From Macrostomum lignano (taxonomy: Eukaryota), in the NCBI GenBank assembly GCA_002269645.1, contig NIVC01001342.1, forward strand, positions 62,001 to 126,000: a stretch of 64,000 nt of DNA, in the 5' to 3' direction. The position numbers and the translations under genes are program-made. Shown one piece after another: positions 47,401 to 60,005 of the stretch. The notes beneath the pieces are model-generated. The model ran no database searches. It was not told the DNA's origin and worked only from the letters and a program-made list of their open reading frames with translations. Numbering within the stretch: position 1 is the first letter of the stretch; the number at the start of each line of letters is the position of its first letter.

Positions 47401-50400
47401 TGATGACATGGCGTACAGTTGTGCATTTGCTTGCGATACGCAGTCCCACTTGGTAACTTGCAGTTGAGTTGATGTTGTTGAAGCACGAAACTTGGTCAAG
47501 GGGCAAAGTGAACTTGTGACAACAGTGGATGAATTGTACCAGCATATCCTCTTGACTATTTAATCAGATCTGAGAGGGGGATTGACGTGAACTCGGAAAC
47601 TCGACAAATTGAATGGGCTTTTCGATGCCCTAAACAGTGACGCAAATAGGACTGGACACGGAGACTCGACAAATTGAAACAGCGTCTGGTAGACAGTCAA
47701 ATCTGGATGCTGGCTGAAGGTACATTGCAGTTAAATATGACGTCGGAAAAATACCGTCTTGACCAAATTGATTGTGTAGATCTCTCAACGAAAGTTTCTT
47801 CTCGGAAGGGTAAACTGTGTCGCTTCTTGATCTTCGTCCATTGGTCTTGTTTAGTTCGAAGTTTTCCTTTACTGAAGGCAGGAAAGTCTCAGTTCTCGAT
47901 TCATTCGAATGGCTGTTGAAGACATGCAGCAGAGCGATAACTGCATGGTACCTGAGACTTCTGTCTAGCGGCGACTCACGCGGTCAGTGGAACCAATTGA
48001 AACGAAAAATTATATGGGTTTTCCCATATTATCGTTTCCTTCTGCCAACAGTTCAGGAAGACAACGAACAATGGACCTGATGGTAACTTTCTCTGTGATC
48101 TCTAGAGTCACATTCTCAAACTTCAGGCGAGGATCTTTCCTCTTCAATCAGTATATTTTATAAGCTAGCACACTGTACGCGAGCAACGAGGAATAGGAGC
48201 AGTAGGGAGAGAGAGAGTGGGATTTCGAGGCCCAATAGGCAGTGTCGGTCAGAGGTTGTGCATGCATCACGCGAGGGTCGCATGGCTGGGCTTCTTGCTC
48301 GCCGATCATCAGGACTATTTTTAGGCATGCAGATCTTGTGCATCTGGGGAGTTGCTGCCAAGGCTGGATGCTTGTTCACGCATCACGCGCGTGTCAGCTG
48401 ATTTCTCCCATCCTCTTGCTAACGGCGCCTTCGTTTCACTTCAACCGCACCCCGGAACCTCCATCCAGACAAGCCTCACTGCATCCCGGAACCTCCATCC
48501 AGACAAGCCTCACCGCACCCCGGAACCTCCAGACAAGCCTCACCGCACCCCGGAACCTTCAGACAAGCCTCACCGCACCCCGGAACCTCCAGACAAGCCT
48601 CACCGCACCCCGGAACCTCCAGACAAGCCTCACCGCACCCCAGAACCTTCAGACAAGCCTCACCGCACCCCGGAACCTCCATCCAGACAAGCCTCACTGC
48701 ATCCCGGAACCTCCATCCAGACAAGCCTCACTGCATCCCGGAACCTCCAGACAAGCCTCACCGCACCCCGGAACCTTCAGACAAGCCTCACCGCACCCCG
48801 GAACCTTCAGACAAGCCTCACCGCACCCCGGAACCTTCAGACAAGCCTCACCGCACCCCGGAACCTCCAGACAAGCCTCACCGCACCCCGGAACCTCCAG
48901 ACAAGCCTCACCGCACCCCAGAACCTTCAGACAAGCCTCACCGCACCCCGGAACCTCCATCCAGACAAGCCTCACTGCATCCCGGAACCTCCATCCAGAC
49001 AAGCCTCACCGCACCCCGGAACCTCCAGACAAGCCTCACCGCACCCCGGAACCTCCAGACAAGCCTCACCGCACCCCAGAACCTTCAGACAAGCCTCACC
49101 GCACCCCGGAACCTCCATCCAGACAAGCCTCACTGCATCCCGGAACCTCCATCCAGACAAGCCTCACTGCATCCCGGAACCTCCAGACAAGCCTCACCGC
49201 ACCCCGGAACCTTCAGACAAGCCTCACCGCACCCCGGAACCTTCAGACAAGCCTCACCGCACCCCGGAACCTCCAGACAAGCCTCACCGCACCCCAGAAC
49301 CTCCAGACAAGCCTCACCGCACCCCGGAACCTCCAGACAAGCCTCACCGCACCCCGGAACCTTCAGACAAGCCTCACCGCACCCCGGAACCTCCAGACAA
49401 GCCTCACCGCACCCCGGAACCTTCAGACAAGCCTCACCGCACCCCGGAACCTTCAGACAAGCCTCACCGCACCCCGGAACATCCAGACAAGCCTCACCGC
49501 ACCCCAGAACCTCCAGACAAGCCTCACCGCACCCCGCACCCTTGCAGGGCAAGACCATCGCCTGCCTGAGCCGCAGGGCCAGCGACCTCGGCAAGTCCTG
49601 CCGCCACCAGCTGCTCCGCCTCGCTGAGCTGCAGTCGGACGATTTCCAAAACGACAGGCAGCTGTTCTACGCCTGCCGCGAGGACCGCGAGCGCCTCTGC
49701 GGTGACGTCACCTCAGGCGACGGCCGGGTGTTCAGCTGCCTTGGCCGGCAGGCGCCCGACTCGCTGTCCGGTGGCTGCAAGAAGGAGCTGCAGCGGGTGC
49801 ACTCGCTGATGCAGTACGACTACAGGGTTGAGCACCGGTTCGCCCAGGCCTGCCAGGACGACTTGAAGAAGCACGAATGCGACGTGGGCAGCGAGGATGA
49901 CACCAAGGAGCACGGGATGGTGCGGGCGCTGCTGTGCTTGGAGAACGCCATCATGACCCAGGGCGCAGAAGCTGTGGACACCGAGTGCAAGCGCCAGATG
50001 CTCAAGGTTTGTCCTGGGCTGTTTGGGAATGTTGGGAAAGCTTTTCTTCACTGGGGGGGGGTAATTTAATATGGAAATTGGCTTTAAATGGTAATTAATC
50101 TCCCTATAGGATAATCCAGTCTAGAGATAATCTCCCTATGGGATAATCCAGTCAGTCAGGAAAGTCATGCAATCCGAAATCCCACGGGCCAAGCCAGCCA
50201 TCTGCTCGGGAACCCGCAGGTGCGGGCCGAGTACCTGTCGGAGCCGGAGCTGGAGCCAGAGCTGAAGAAGAAGTGCTCACCGCAGATTGAGTACTGCCGC
50301 AAGGAGGAGTCCGTCCACGACCAGCAGCTGCTGCACTGCATCATGCGCCGAGTGCAGGAGGCCACGGACCCCGACAGCGTGGCCGAATGCGGCGCCGCCG

Positions 50401-53400
50401 TCGCCAAGCTGCTGCGGGTTGCCATGCCAACCAGGAACCTGCAGGTGGACCCGGTGCTGACCGAGAGCTGTCGCGGCGAGCTGGACTCGAAGTGCGCCCG
50501 CTCGGAGCACAAGAATGGCTACGTCTGCCTGAAGACCCTCGTTGCCAACGAGCCCGAGTCGGTTGGCCGCGAGTGCGCCGACCGCCTCGCTGAGCTGGAG
50601 TACTTCGAGAACCGCGACTTCAAGCTCAACGACCGGCTGTACAGGGCCTGCAGGCAGCCGGCCGCCTCTCTCTGCAACGCCAGCAAGGACTGGTTCCAGA
50701 CTGACCGCGACCAGGGCTACCAGCCCGCCGCTGTGGTCTACAACTGCCTCTTCCACCACATGCACAGGGCTGGCAACAGGTGGGCGGCCTCATCTACCAG
50801 CCTCCCATTCTCAATTTCCAGCCTTCCATTCTACATCTCCTAAAATCTCATTCTTTATCTCCCAGCATCCTAGCCTCCTACTGGCCATCTCAAAAAATCC
50901 CATTCTTCATTTCCCAGCATCCTAGCCTCCTACTGGCCATCTCAAAAAATCCCATTCTTCATCTCCCAGCATCCTAACCTCCTACTGGCCATCTCAAAAA
51001 ATCCCATTCTTCATATCCCAGCATCCTAGCCTCCTACTGGCCATCTCAAAAAATCCCATTCTTCATCTCCCAGCATCCTAGCCTCCTACTGGCCATCTCA
51101 AAAAATCCCATTCTTCATTTCCCAGCATCCTAGCCTCCTACTGGCCATCTCAAAAAATCCCATTCTTCATCTCCCAGCATCCTAGCCTCCTACTGGCCAT
51201 CTCAAAAAATCCCATTCTTCATCTCCCAGCATCCTAGCCTCCTACTGGCCATCTCAAAAAATCCCATTCTTAATCTACCAGCCTCCTAGCCTCCTATTCT
51301 TCATCTTCCAGCTTCCAATTCTCAATCTCCCAATTTTCCCATTCTCCATCTCAAAGAATCCCATTCTTTATCTCCCAGCATCTTACTCGTAGCCTCCCAT
51401 TCCTCATCCCCAGCCTCCCATTCTCCACTTCCAGCGTCCCTATCTCCTTTCCAAGAATCCTATTCTTCATTTCCATCCTCCCATTCTCCATCCCACAGCC
51501 TTCGATTCTCCATTTCCCAGCATCCAATTCTCCAAATCTGCAGTTTGTACAGCTTCATCATCCAGCCTTCCAATACCCACCCCGCAGCAAAGTGCCGCAG
51601 GACTGCAGCAAGGAGCTGATCCGCAGCCTGGAGGAGCGGGCGAGCCGAGTCAAGCTGGACCCCCGGCTGTACGGGCCCTGCATCACGGACCTGTCCAACA
51701 GGTGCATGAAAGACTCCGGCACTGGCAAAGAGTTCCGCTGTCTGCAGGACAACTTGCCGGAGCTCGCCGAGTCCTGCAGGGCCGCCGTCCGCGAACTCAC
51801 AGCCGCCGCTAGCCGCGACATCCGGCTGAGCCCCGATGCCATCATGGTGCGCAGCTGCCTGCCTTTTGCCCAGGCCCACTGCAACAAGGACTCCGAATCA
51901 GCTGGTGAGGGTGAGGGCGTCGTCAGAGCTTGCGTTTCCTACTGCTACGTTATCACCCACCCACTGCTACGTTATCACCCACCCACTGCTACGTTATCAC
52001 CCTCCCACAGCTCGGTGATCACCCACCCACAGCTCGGTGATCACCCACCCACAGCTTGGTGATCACACACTCACATCTCGGTGATCACCCACCCACAGCT
52101 CGGTGATCACCCACCAACCAACAGCTCGGTGATCACCCACCCACAGCTCGGTGATCACCCACAAACAGCTCAGTGATCACCCACCCACAGCTCGGTGATC
52201 ACCCACTCACTGCTCGGTGATCACCCACCCACAGCTCGGTGATCACCCACCAACCAACAGCTCGGTGATCACCCACCCACAGCTCGGTGATCACCCACCA
52301 ACCAACAGCTCGGTGATCACCCACCCACAGCTCGGTGATCACCCACAAACAGCTCAGTGATCACCCACCCACAGCTCGGTGATCACCCACCCACAGCTCG
52401 GTGATCACCCACCAACAGCTCGGTGATCACCCACCCACAGCTCGGTGATCACCCACCAACAGCTCGGTGATCACCCACCCACAGCTCGGTGATCACCCAC
52501 CAACAGCTCGACCCGTAAACAATCACACAAGTGGCACCCCAATCACAACTCTTACCTTTCCTTACCCCTCTTACCCCGCCCAGACTCCACCATGGAGTGC
52601 CTCATCCGGCTGCTGAAGCACCCCGACATGCCGGAGAAGTGCCGGGCCGGGGTTGCGCACCACCAGCTCATCGCCCTGGACGACGTGAGCTTCTCGTACG
52701 CCTTCTCGCAAGCCTGCGGCCCCACCATCACCGGCCAGTGTCCGGGCGTGGCCACCAAAAAGGACGCCGTCCGCTGCCTGTCCGAGATGGTGCGCAACGA
52801 CACCCTGACTGAGCAGACCCAGCGGGTGCCGGCCAAGTGCCGCGCCAAGCTCACCTTCGAGATGCTGCAGCGCGGCCAGTCCGTGGACCTGGACCCCCGG
52901 CTCCAGCGGGCCTGCAAAGCCGACCTGGAGAGCGTCTGCAGCGACGCCGCCGACCCGCTGGCCTGCCTGAAGGACAATGTCCGCAGCCTCAGCCCCCGCT
53001 GCCACCGGGTGGTGTTCCGCCGGCAGAAGATGCAGATGGACATGCCGACCTACGATGCCAGGCTGATGAAGCGCTGCCGGGCCATGATCAGCCAGCACTG
53101 CTCCGAGAAGGCCGGCAACCCCACCGAGCTGTTCACCTGCCTGCGCGAGCGAATGCACGACGATGACTTTGACAAGCGCTGCCGCAGGGTCATCTACAAG
53201 CGGCTGCGCGTGCAGCAGACCGACTATGAGCTCAACCCGGAGCTTAAGAGGGCCTGCCGGCGCGACATCACCAAGTGAGCACTCCACACTGATAGTGTGT
53301 CACTCCGCAGTGATAGTGTGTCACTCCGCAGTGATATTGTGTCACTCCGCAGTGATATTGTGTCACTCCGCAGTGATAGCGTGTCACTCCGCATTGATAG

Positions 53401-54611
53401 TGTGTCACTCCGCATTTATAGCGTGTCACTCCGCATTGATAGTGTGTCACTCCGCATTGATAGTGTGTCACTCCGCATTGATAGTGTGTCACTCCGCATT
53501 GATAGTGTGTCACTTTCTAGTGTTTGATGTGTCTGTCAGTGATGCTGTGTCACTATCCATTGTCATGTGTCACTCTGCACTCCCATGTGTCACTCTGCAT
53601 TCCCATCCCATGTGTCACTCTGCACTCCCATGTGTCACTCTGCATTCCCATGTGCCACTCTGCATTCCCATGTGCCACTCTGCATTCCCATGTGCCACTC
53701 TGCATTCCCATGTGTCACTCTGCATTCCCATGTGCCACTCTGCATTCCCATGTGCCACTCTGCATTCCCATGTGCCACTCTGCATTCCCATGTGCCACTC
53801 TGCATTCCCATGTGCCACTCTGCATTCCCATGTGTCACTCTGCATCGCCAGGTACTGCTCCAAGGAGCTGAAGTCGGCCGGGGACAACCGGTTCAAGTCC
53901 ACGCAGGACCAGCTGCAGGACACGGTGATGCAGTGCCTGCGCCGCGTCAGCACCGAGGGCAAGCAGCCGCTGCGGCAGCGCTGCCACCGCTACCTGCGTG
54001 ACATCCTGTTCGAGTACAACATGAACTACCGGCTGGAGCCGCGCCTGGCCCGCGCCTGCAAGCCGGTGGTGCAGCAGCTCTGCCAGGAGGAGGCCGCGGA
54101 CGCCGAGCCGGAGACGGGCGCCGGCGGCAGCCTGCTGGGCGTCACCGAGTGCTTGAAGCGGGCCGCCGCCCAGGACAAAATCCCCAAGGAGCACGCGGCC
54201 TGCCGTCACGAGGTGCTGCTGCTGTTCAAGGACATGGGCGCCGACATCCACGTGGACCCGGTGCTGTACCAGGCCTGTTCCTTCGAGATCCGCAACCTGT
54301 GCCGCGGCGTGCCGCTGGGCAACGGCCGGCAGATGTCCTGCGCAGTCAGCCTGTTCAAGGACAGCCAGGCCAACCAAATGATCTCCAAGCGCTGCCGCGA
54401 CCGCCTCAAGGAGCGCGTGGACCTCATGGAGGCCGCCTTCAAGGCCGCCCCTCCGGAGAGTCTGCGCGACGTGATGGGGCAGATGTCGGCCTCGCCATCC
54501 CGGATGTACTTCCTGCTGGTGGGGCTGCTGCTGGTCCTCGGTCTGCTGGTTGTCGGCATCTGCGCCGGCCGCGTGACCAAGCGAGTCCAAGTGGATATGA
54601 AAAACCGCTGA
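44452..54611 (+). CDS. GLG1: Golgi glycoprotein 1 (cysteine-rich FGF receptor / E-selectin ligand 1); signal-peptide exon not located
   Basis: Exons 44452-44629 (less certain), 46071-46689, 49548-50006, 50220-50779, 51588-51904, 52584-53274, 53852-54611 with compatible phases. Many Cys-rich GLG1 repeats (D-x-x-L-x-P-x-L-x-x-A-C), C-terminal TM helix and tail CAGRVTKRVQVDMKNR. Confidence 0.93.
44720..46055. repeat. 23-bp minisatellite ccactggagagtcactccctgac, ~1.3 kb
   Basis: Direct reading. Confidence 0.96.
46894..48443 (-). mobile_element. Non-autonomous mini LTR retroelement (TRIM-like), family 2, in GLG1 intron
   Basis: 446-bp LTRs at 46894-47339 and 47998-48443 (TG...CA, no differences seen). 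4-bp TSD ACCG inside a minisatellite unit. Minus-strand PBS TGGTTCCACTGACCG resembling the tRNA-Glu PBS with one bulge; purine run gaaaaaaagagcgac at the other LTR. 658-bp internal region without gag/pol. Confidence 0.88.
48444..49540. repeat. ~30-bp minisatellite gcaccccggaacctccagacaagcctcacc
   Basis: Direct reading; interrupted at its left end by the LTR element. Confidence 0.95.
50860..51290. repeat. ~52-bp intronic minisatellite (catcctagcctcctactggccatctcaaaaaatcccattcttcatctcccag)
   Basis: About 8 copies. Confidence 0.92.
52010..52510. repeat. ~22-bp minisatellite agctcggtgatcacccacccac
   Basis: Direct reading. Confidence 0.92.
53285..53845. repeat. Two adjacent ~21-bp minisatellites (gatagtgtgtcactccgcatt; tgcattcccatgtgccactc) filling a GLG1 intron
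   Basis: Direct reading; read through in ORF 53163-54611. Confidence 0.92.
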
Positions 54612-57600
54612 GTAGCTTCGATTAGGATTTGCCTACTAACAGTAGCTTGCAGCGTATTTTAGCTAGATTATATCGATAGACTGGGCTACTGGCTGGGTGT
54701 TGGAATGGACTTGATTGCCCCATTAGCCCCCGAGTCACGTGAGAATTCGACCAGCCACTCTGCATTCCCACAGCCGCCCATCTTCTCTTGTTGCTGTTGT
54801 TGTCCTTGTATTTGTTAAAATCCTGCAACTTTATTGCTTAGTTAGACATCATATTTAACCGGCCGTCTCTTTTCTGTCTATGATTTGCATCTTAGCTACT
54901 GTTAGTAGACTATAAGTGCTCGACTTACTTTCATTTTTCATTTTTATTGGTTTTGTTTTTTATCCATTAAATTCAAGCAGTTTGGAGCTGTTAAACTAGT
55001 AAGGCGCTTAGCACACTACTTGCAGTAGCGGATTTGAGAGAAAGTTTTTCCTTTTTCTACATTATTGTTGTCGCAGTAATTAACTGATGTATATGTTGTT
55101 TTTTTATTTGACGCTTACTGTAATATTTGTAATATTTGTGTTTTCCTTCTGTTTTGTCCGAGAGTTCGAAGCCTGAGCTGTTGCTCTTGTTCGCCCCCCT
55201 CCAGTGTGTGGCTTCTGTTTGCCTTGACGTTGCTTCTTTGCGAATTTCTGCTTCTAAATTAGCCCAGAAAATTTATGCATCATCTGTTTACGCGGAGTCG
55301 TGTTGTTTTTCTACTCTTTTTCTCTGAATCGACCTCTTTTTTGCGCGTGCCCGAGATTGGGACTAACTGAGCCGATCCCGGTAGCCAATCGGAGTTGCCC
55401 GGCCTTGGCCTGCCAGCCAATCAGAGCGAGGCAGGCCCGGCAAGCAGCAGCTGCCCCCTCATCATTTTTTAAATCTTGGACCATACCACATTATTTACTC
55501 TTGCTCGAAACTTTCTCATTCGCTGTTGGCTGAGGTGCAACGGAAACCCGACCGATATCGAAATACCGACCGTTTACCTGTCTGATATGAGTTCAGGCCT
55601 CATTCTAATCTTTGTTTTTGTGTCTTTATTGCTAATTGACTCTTCACAGTTTGCTGTATTTCTGTGTTATCCACCTAATTGAAATATCAAATTCTATTCG
55701 AAAGCAAAATACACTTTAAGCCACGGCTTCTTATCATCAAAAGGCTCTTTGAACTTTTTTGTTATACATTTCTGCTATCATTACGCCAATGCCGCTTGAG
55801 GTTGCCTTTAATATTCTAGTCTGCTTCATTCGACTGTCTAAAACCTGCTTGGTCTTGTTACCTGCAACGACTTCATCAACGAAGGCACCGTTTTCATCAG
55901 GAGACGCATTTAAATTAAGCGCATGTACGATTGTGGACCTTACATATACGAGCTTTGTTCACAAGAAGAGCAAATGGAGTTGCATGATTTACTTGCAAAT
56001 TGGGGTAGCATTTGAAGCTGCTACCTCAGAGTCAGAGATATCCGGGGGCATCGCATTCCAGCTTGCCATTGACTTTTAAGTGTGATGCTATGGCGCTCAA
56101 CACAAGTACAAAGTCATCGAAGGCACTTGAGGGGGACATGCAAGCGGGCCAGGAATAAATCCAAAACTACATGGATGCATGTTCAACCACCAGATTCCCC
56201 CCCCCGGTGAGTGAAAAGCTACTTTAATTGTACAGGACCTTGTTGCTGCGGTTCTTTTACGAAGTCTGCAAACAAGATGGATTGTCTCCATCGCCGCAGG
56301 ACTAAAACGTATTGCCTGTACCAGCAGTAAACAATCACGCGCGTACATGTACTTGTGGACTTCTTTGGTGGTCAGCTGGACTTCAATTAAATCATAATCA
56401 CGTACTCAATAAATGCTGCAGTGAAGATTTCTACCAAAACAATGTCTAGATCTTAAGTCAAAGCGCAGGAGTGCTACGTACATGTAAATAACACGATTTC
56501 CAGGCATACTAAAGAGATAATAAAACTATATATACATGTATTACAGCTATGATTATATCCATCAAGCTCATATCCAAGATCTATCTTATGAGATCTTATA
56601 TCCAAGAAGCCCAAATTAAGGATACAAATTTCAAACTTTGCCTTTATATAAAAGCCTTAAACTAAATTTGTGAAGAATAAAGCTTGAAACTTGACTAACT
56701 GGTTCAAAAGTTTACACTAAATGAACAAATTTGCAGATTTACGCGTTGTCTTCGGAAAGATGAATTAAAATTCACACAATGAGACTGAGCCTATGTCGTA
56801 AGTAAATAAAGAATTTTATATTGTTAAATAGCATTTTTCTAAAGGAAATTCGAAGAAATTATTAAATCATAATTTAACCTTGATCGAGTCTGGTCAAGCC
56901 CCTAGTACTCGTCTTCGTCAATCTCACACTATTTCAATTTTATAATACTAATATGCTAAAAAAAATTGAAAAATCTATAAAAACATAAGCTATACAGCGT
57001 TTTAATAAATTATTTATGTAAAATGAAAAGTTATTTGTTTTTTCATTCTTCTGAGAGCGCGAAAATTTAAGCTTAAAAGTTCATAAGAATGACCTCTCTT
57101 TGAACCCTATTTTTACCGCTTACTAAGGTGCATTTGCCCGTTGCACCGTAGCTCTAGCAGCTCTACCTCGTTAACACGAAGAAATATATTAGTCATCGCT
57201 CAGCACGTTGTAGACCTTGAAAACTCGCTTATTAATTTCAGAATAATGTTTTGCTGGTTTTGACTTTCATAGGCTTAAATCCAATTGTTGGATGCCCCCT
57301 GATTCCACTAGATTAATTTGAGAAAAATTTAAATATCTACAATATAAAAAATTAAGAAATGTATTCAAGATTTATTGGTAGTGGACGACAGCTCTTTTCT
57401 ACAATATATTCAGTGAGTGATGTATGATGCTGCTAGTATGAGTACTTACTGGGCCTAACTAGTAATACTACTATGAAAAGGCCTAATATATGTGCTAAAA
57501 TGCAATGCATCTTAAAGAGAACACCTTTTGTTTTTATATCGATATTTTTTGTAATATTTTTGTATTTATTTACATAATTTTTTTACCAGTATAAAATTCA

Positions 57601-57990
57601 ATTCCTACATAAATCAGAAGGCTCAAAGTGCCAAACCAAAATCGTAAAAGTTTATTAAGGGAATGAAGAATTAAATTTTTAGTGTTTTCTTTTAATGCAA
57701 CTCTGCAGTTTAAAAACATATTTTTAATCAATTTGTTTTTCTAAATCACAAGACTTTGATTTGCCTAGGCTTTTTAAGTCTAAAAGCATTTGTTTTAATG
57801 GCCTTGCCAATACCTTATGTATTATATTTATAATTTGATAATATTGTAATAATTAAAATGAATGTATAATTTATTACTTTTTTCAATAATTTTGATAAAT
57901 AATATGCTTTATTGTTAGAATTTGATATTTAAAATGGCTTTTTATTCTTGCATAAGTAATTTATTCTTTTTTTCATTCAATATTAAGTAC

Positions 57991-58279
57991 GGTAATGGCT
58001 AGAGTTCTGGCACTAGAATCCATTTTCTAATGGCTATGGATCCGGCAGTCTTCTGCAAGCAGTTATCTACTTATGAAGTCTTGAACTTTAAAAATATCTT
58101 GATTCGAATCTCATCGTTTCATTTTGATCTTATCTTGAACAAAATTTCAATATCAACCACCCATTAAAAAGTAAATGTTTCCATTATATTTATACCCATA
58201 AATTGCACTACTGGAATACAATTGCCGGATCCATAGCCATTAGAAAATGGGTTCCAGTGCCGGAACTCTAGCCATTGCC
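57991..58279. mobile_element. Mutator-like MITE
   Basis: 9-bp TSD attaagtac; ~57-bp TIR ggtaatggctagagttctggcactagaatccattttctaatggctatggatccggca with an inverted copy at the right end. Confidence 0.85.
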
Positions 58280-59293
58280 ATTAAGTACACCTTTTTCAAA
58301 CAAAAAAAATTTCAACTTTTTTTCAAATTATTCTTTTAAATAGAAGTAGGCTCATTCCATATAAGATGGACATATTTGGAAAATAGAAAAAAGTCAATAT
58401 TTTTGCTTGCCATTGCCTAATTAGCCTATTTTTTTACCAAATGTTTATATTGTGCAATATATACAATCTAAGAATAAAGGAATGGTAAAATGTTGGATTA
58501 GTATGTTATCAATTGGCAAAAAGTCATTTTTGTAAAAATTTGGACATTTTTCGAAGCAAAAGACATCATTAAGATTTTGTACCTTTTAAAAACAAATAGA
58601 AAGCTTTTGAAGGTTGAAACAAACTATAGATAAAAGTATAGTACTTGCATCATCAGATAAAAGCATTGGTGACCAAATAATCTATTATATTTTTAATGTA
58701 TTAGTACCTCAAAGTTACTGAATTGACAGAAAAAAATATGTTATGACCATAATGTTATGACCATAAGGCTGCCTTTTCTTTTGTATCTTTGTTGCCTTTT
58801 GAGTTTATATATTCTAATAAAAGAGTATGATTTCTAAAGATGTTCTTAGTCAAATTTTAAAAATGTATTGCAAAATATCAAAAATGAAAAATGTTATAAG
58901 ACTTTTACCTTTTAGTTTCTATATGTCAAAAATCCTGTCGTTACGACCATAAGTGTCATTTAAGGTTTAATAGCATCTATACTAATGATGATATCTATAT
59001 GAAACTCTATAAATATATTCTAGACAAAATAATCTTTCATTTAAAATATTGGTTTAGTATATTCTATTATTAGATTTCATTTTATAAGTAAAAATAACCT
59101 GTCATGTTACGACCATGCTTATATGGAATGAGCCAGTAGGAGTCTATCTATCACTAATATTATACATGCGCAATGGACGATCTGGCCACTGGCAAGGGGC
59201 CCAGCCAATGCAAGTCACAAAAATGGCCACCCAAAAATTACTGGTGAAGTACTACTTAGATGACAAGGCATTTGGCTTTTTTAATACAGTTAT

Positions 59294-59649
59294 TTTTTAT
59301 TAGACAGGGGGTTGTGTGCACCCTGGCGCACTTTAAGCAACATAGGCACACAACCGGCGAGAGGCATTACTGCCCATTCCGCCGACTCCCCTGAGCAGGC
59401 ATATAAGCGCGCGGATACGTTACGCAGACACACACTCACACAGGAGTGTACAGCGGCCCTAACTTTATCAACTGTTAGGCATGTACACTTCAATGCGCCT
59501 TGGGGGGTTGGCTCTCAAGGCCGTTAATTGCACAGGCGAGCCAAGCCGAAATTCCAATTCATCCCCAAATTAATGTGGCTGCACTTGGAATCGAGCCTGG
59601 GTTGCTGGCACACCAGAGCAGCTGCGCTACCGCTGGGCTACGGCCCCCC
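59294..59649 (-). mobile_element. tRNA-derived SINE
   Basis: 13-bp TSD ttaatacagttat; minus-strand head GGGGCCGTAGCCCAGCGG...GGCTCGATTCC with A and B boxes; short A-rich tail. Confidence 0.85.
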
Positions 59650-60005
59650 TTAATACAGTTATAGTTACTTCTGCCGTTTACCCAAGATTATGTTTATTTT
59701 GCCTAGGTTTCTTTCATAGGCAAGCAAGTAAGTCGCATGGCCAGTCTAAATCAGGGGGGTTGCGCCTGTATGAGTAATATATTTCATTATCTATTAAAAT
59801 GCCTCTCATCTTGCATAGGGGCCTAACCTTACATTTTAGCAATGCCTTTGATTTCTTTTTTGGCTTTACTTCAAGTCCGATAGTCTTAGGCTCAAGAGTA
59901 GACACTTCAGAATTAATAAATGTTTCCAGGCTGCTTAAAACAGCTGCTTTGAGTCTGAAAATTATTTTTTTATATGGAGAATCACTTTCCTGCACTTAAT
60001 TTTAG

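Noticed and set aside
55350-55450. Two CCAAT boxes (agccaatc) as a promoter, possibly for the SUCLA2-like gene
   Set aside because: Motifs are real, but I could not link them to a first exon or TSS.
59575-59649. tRNA gene
   Set aside because: Acceptor and anticodon arms do not pair properly, and the sequence is the head of a TSD-flanked SINE.
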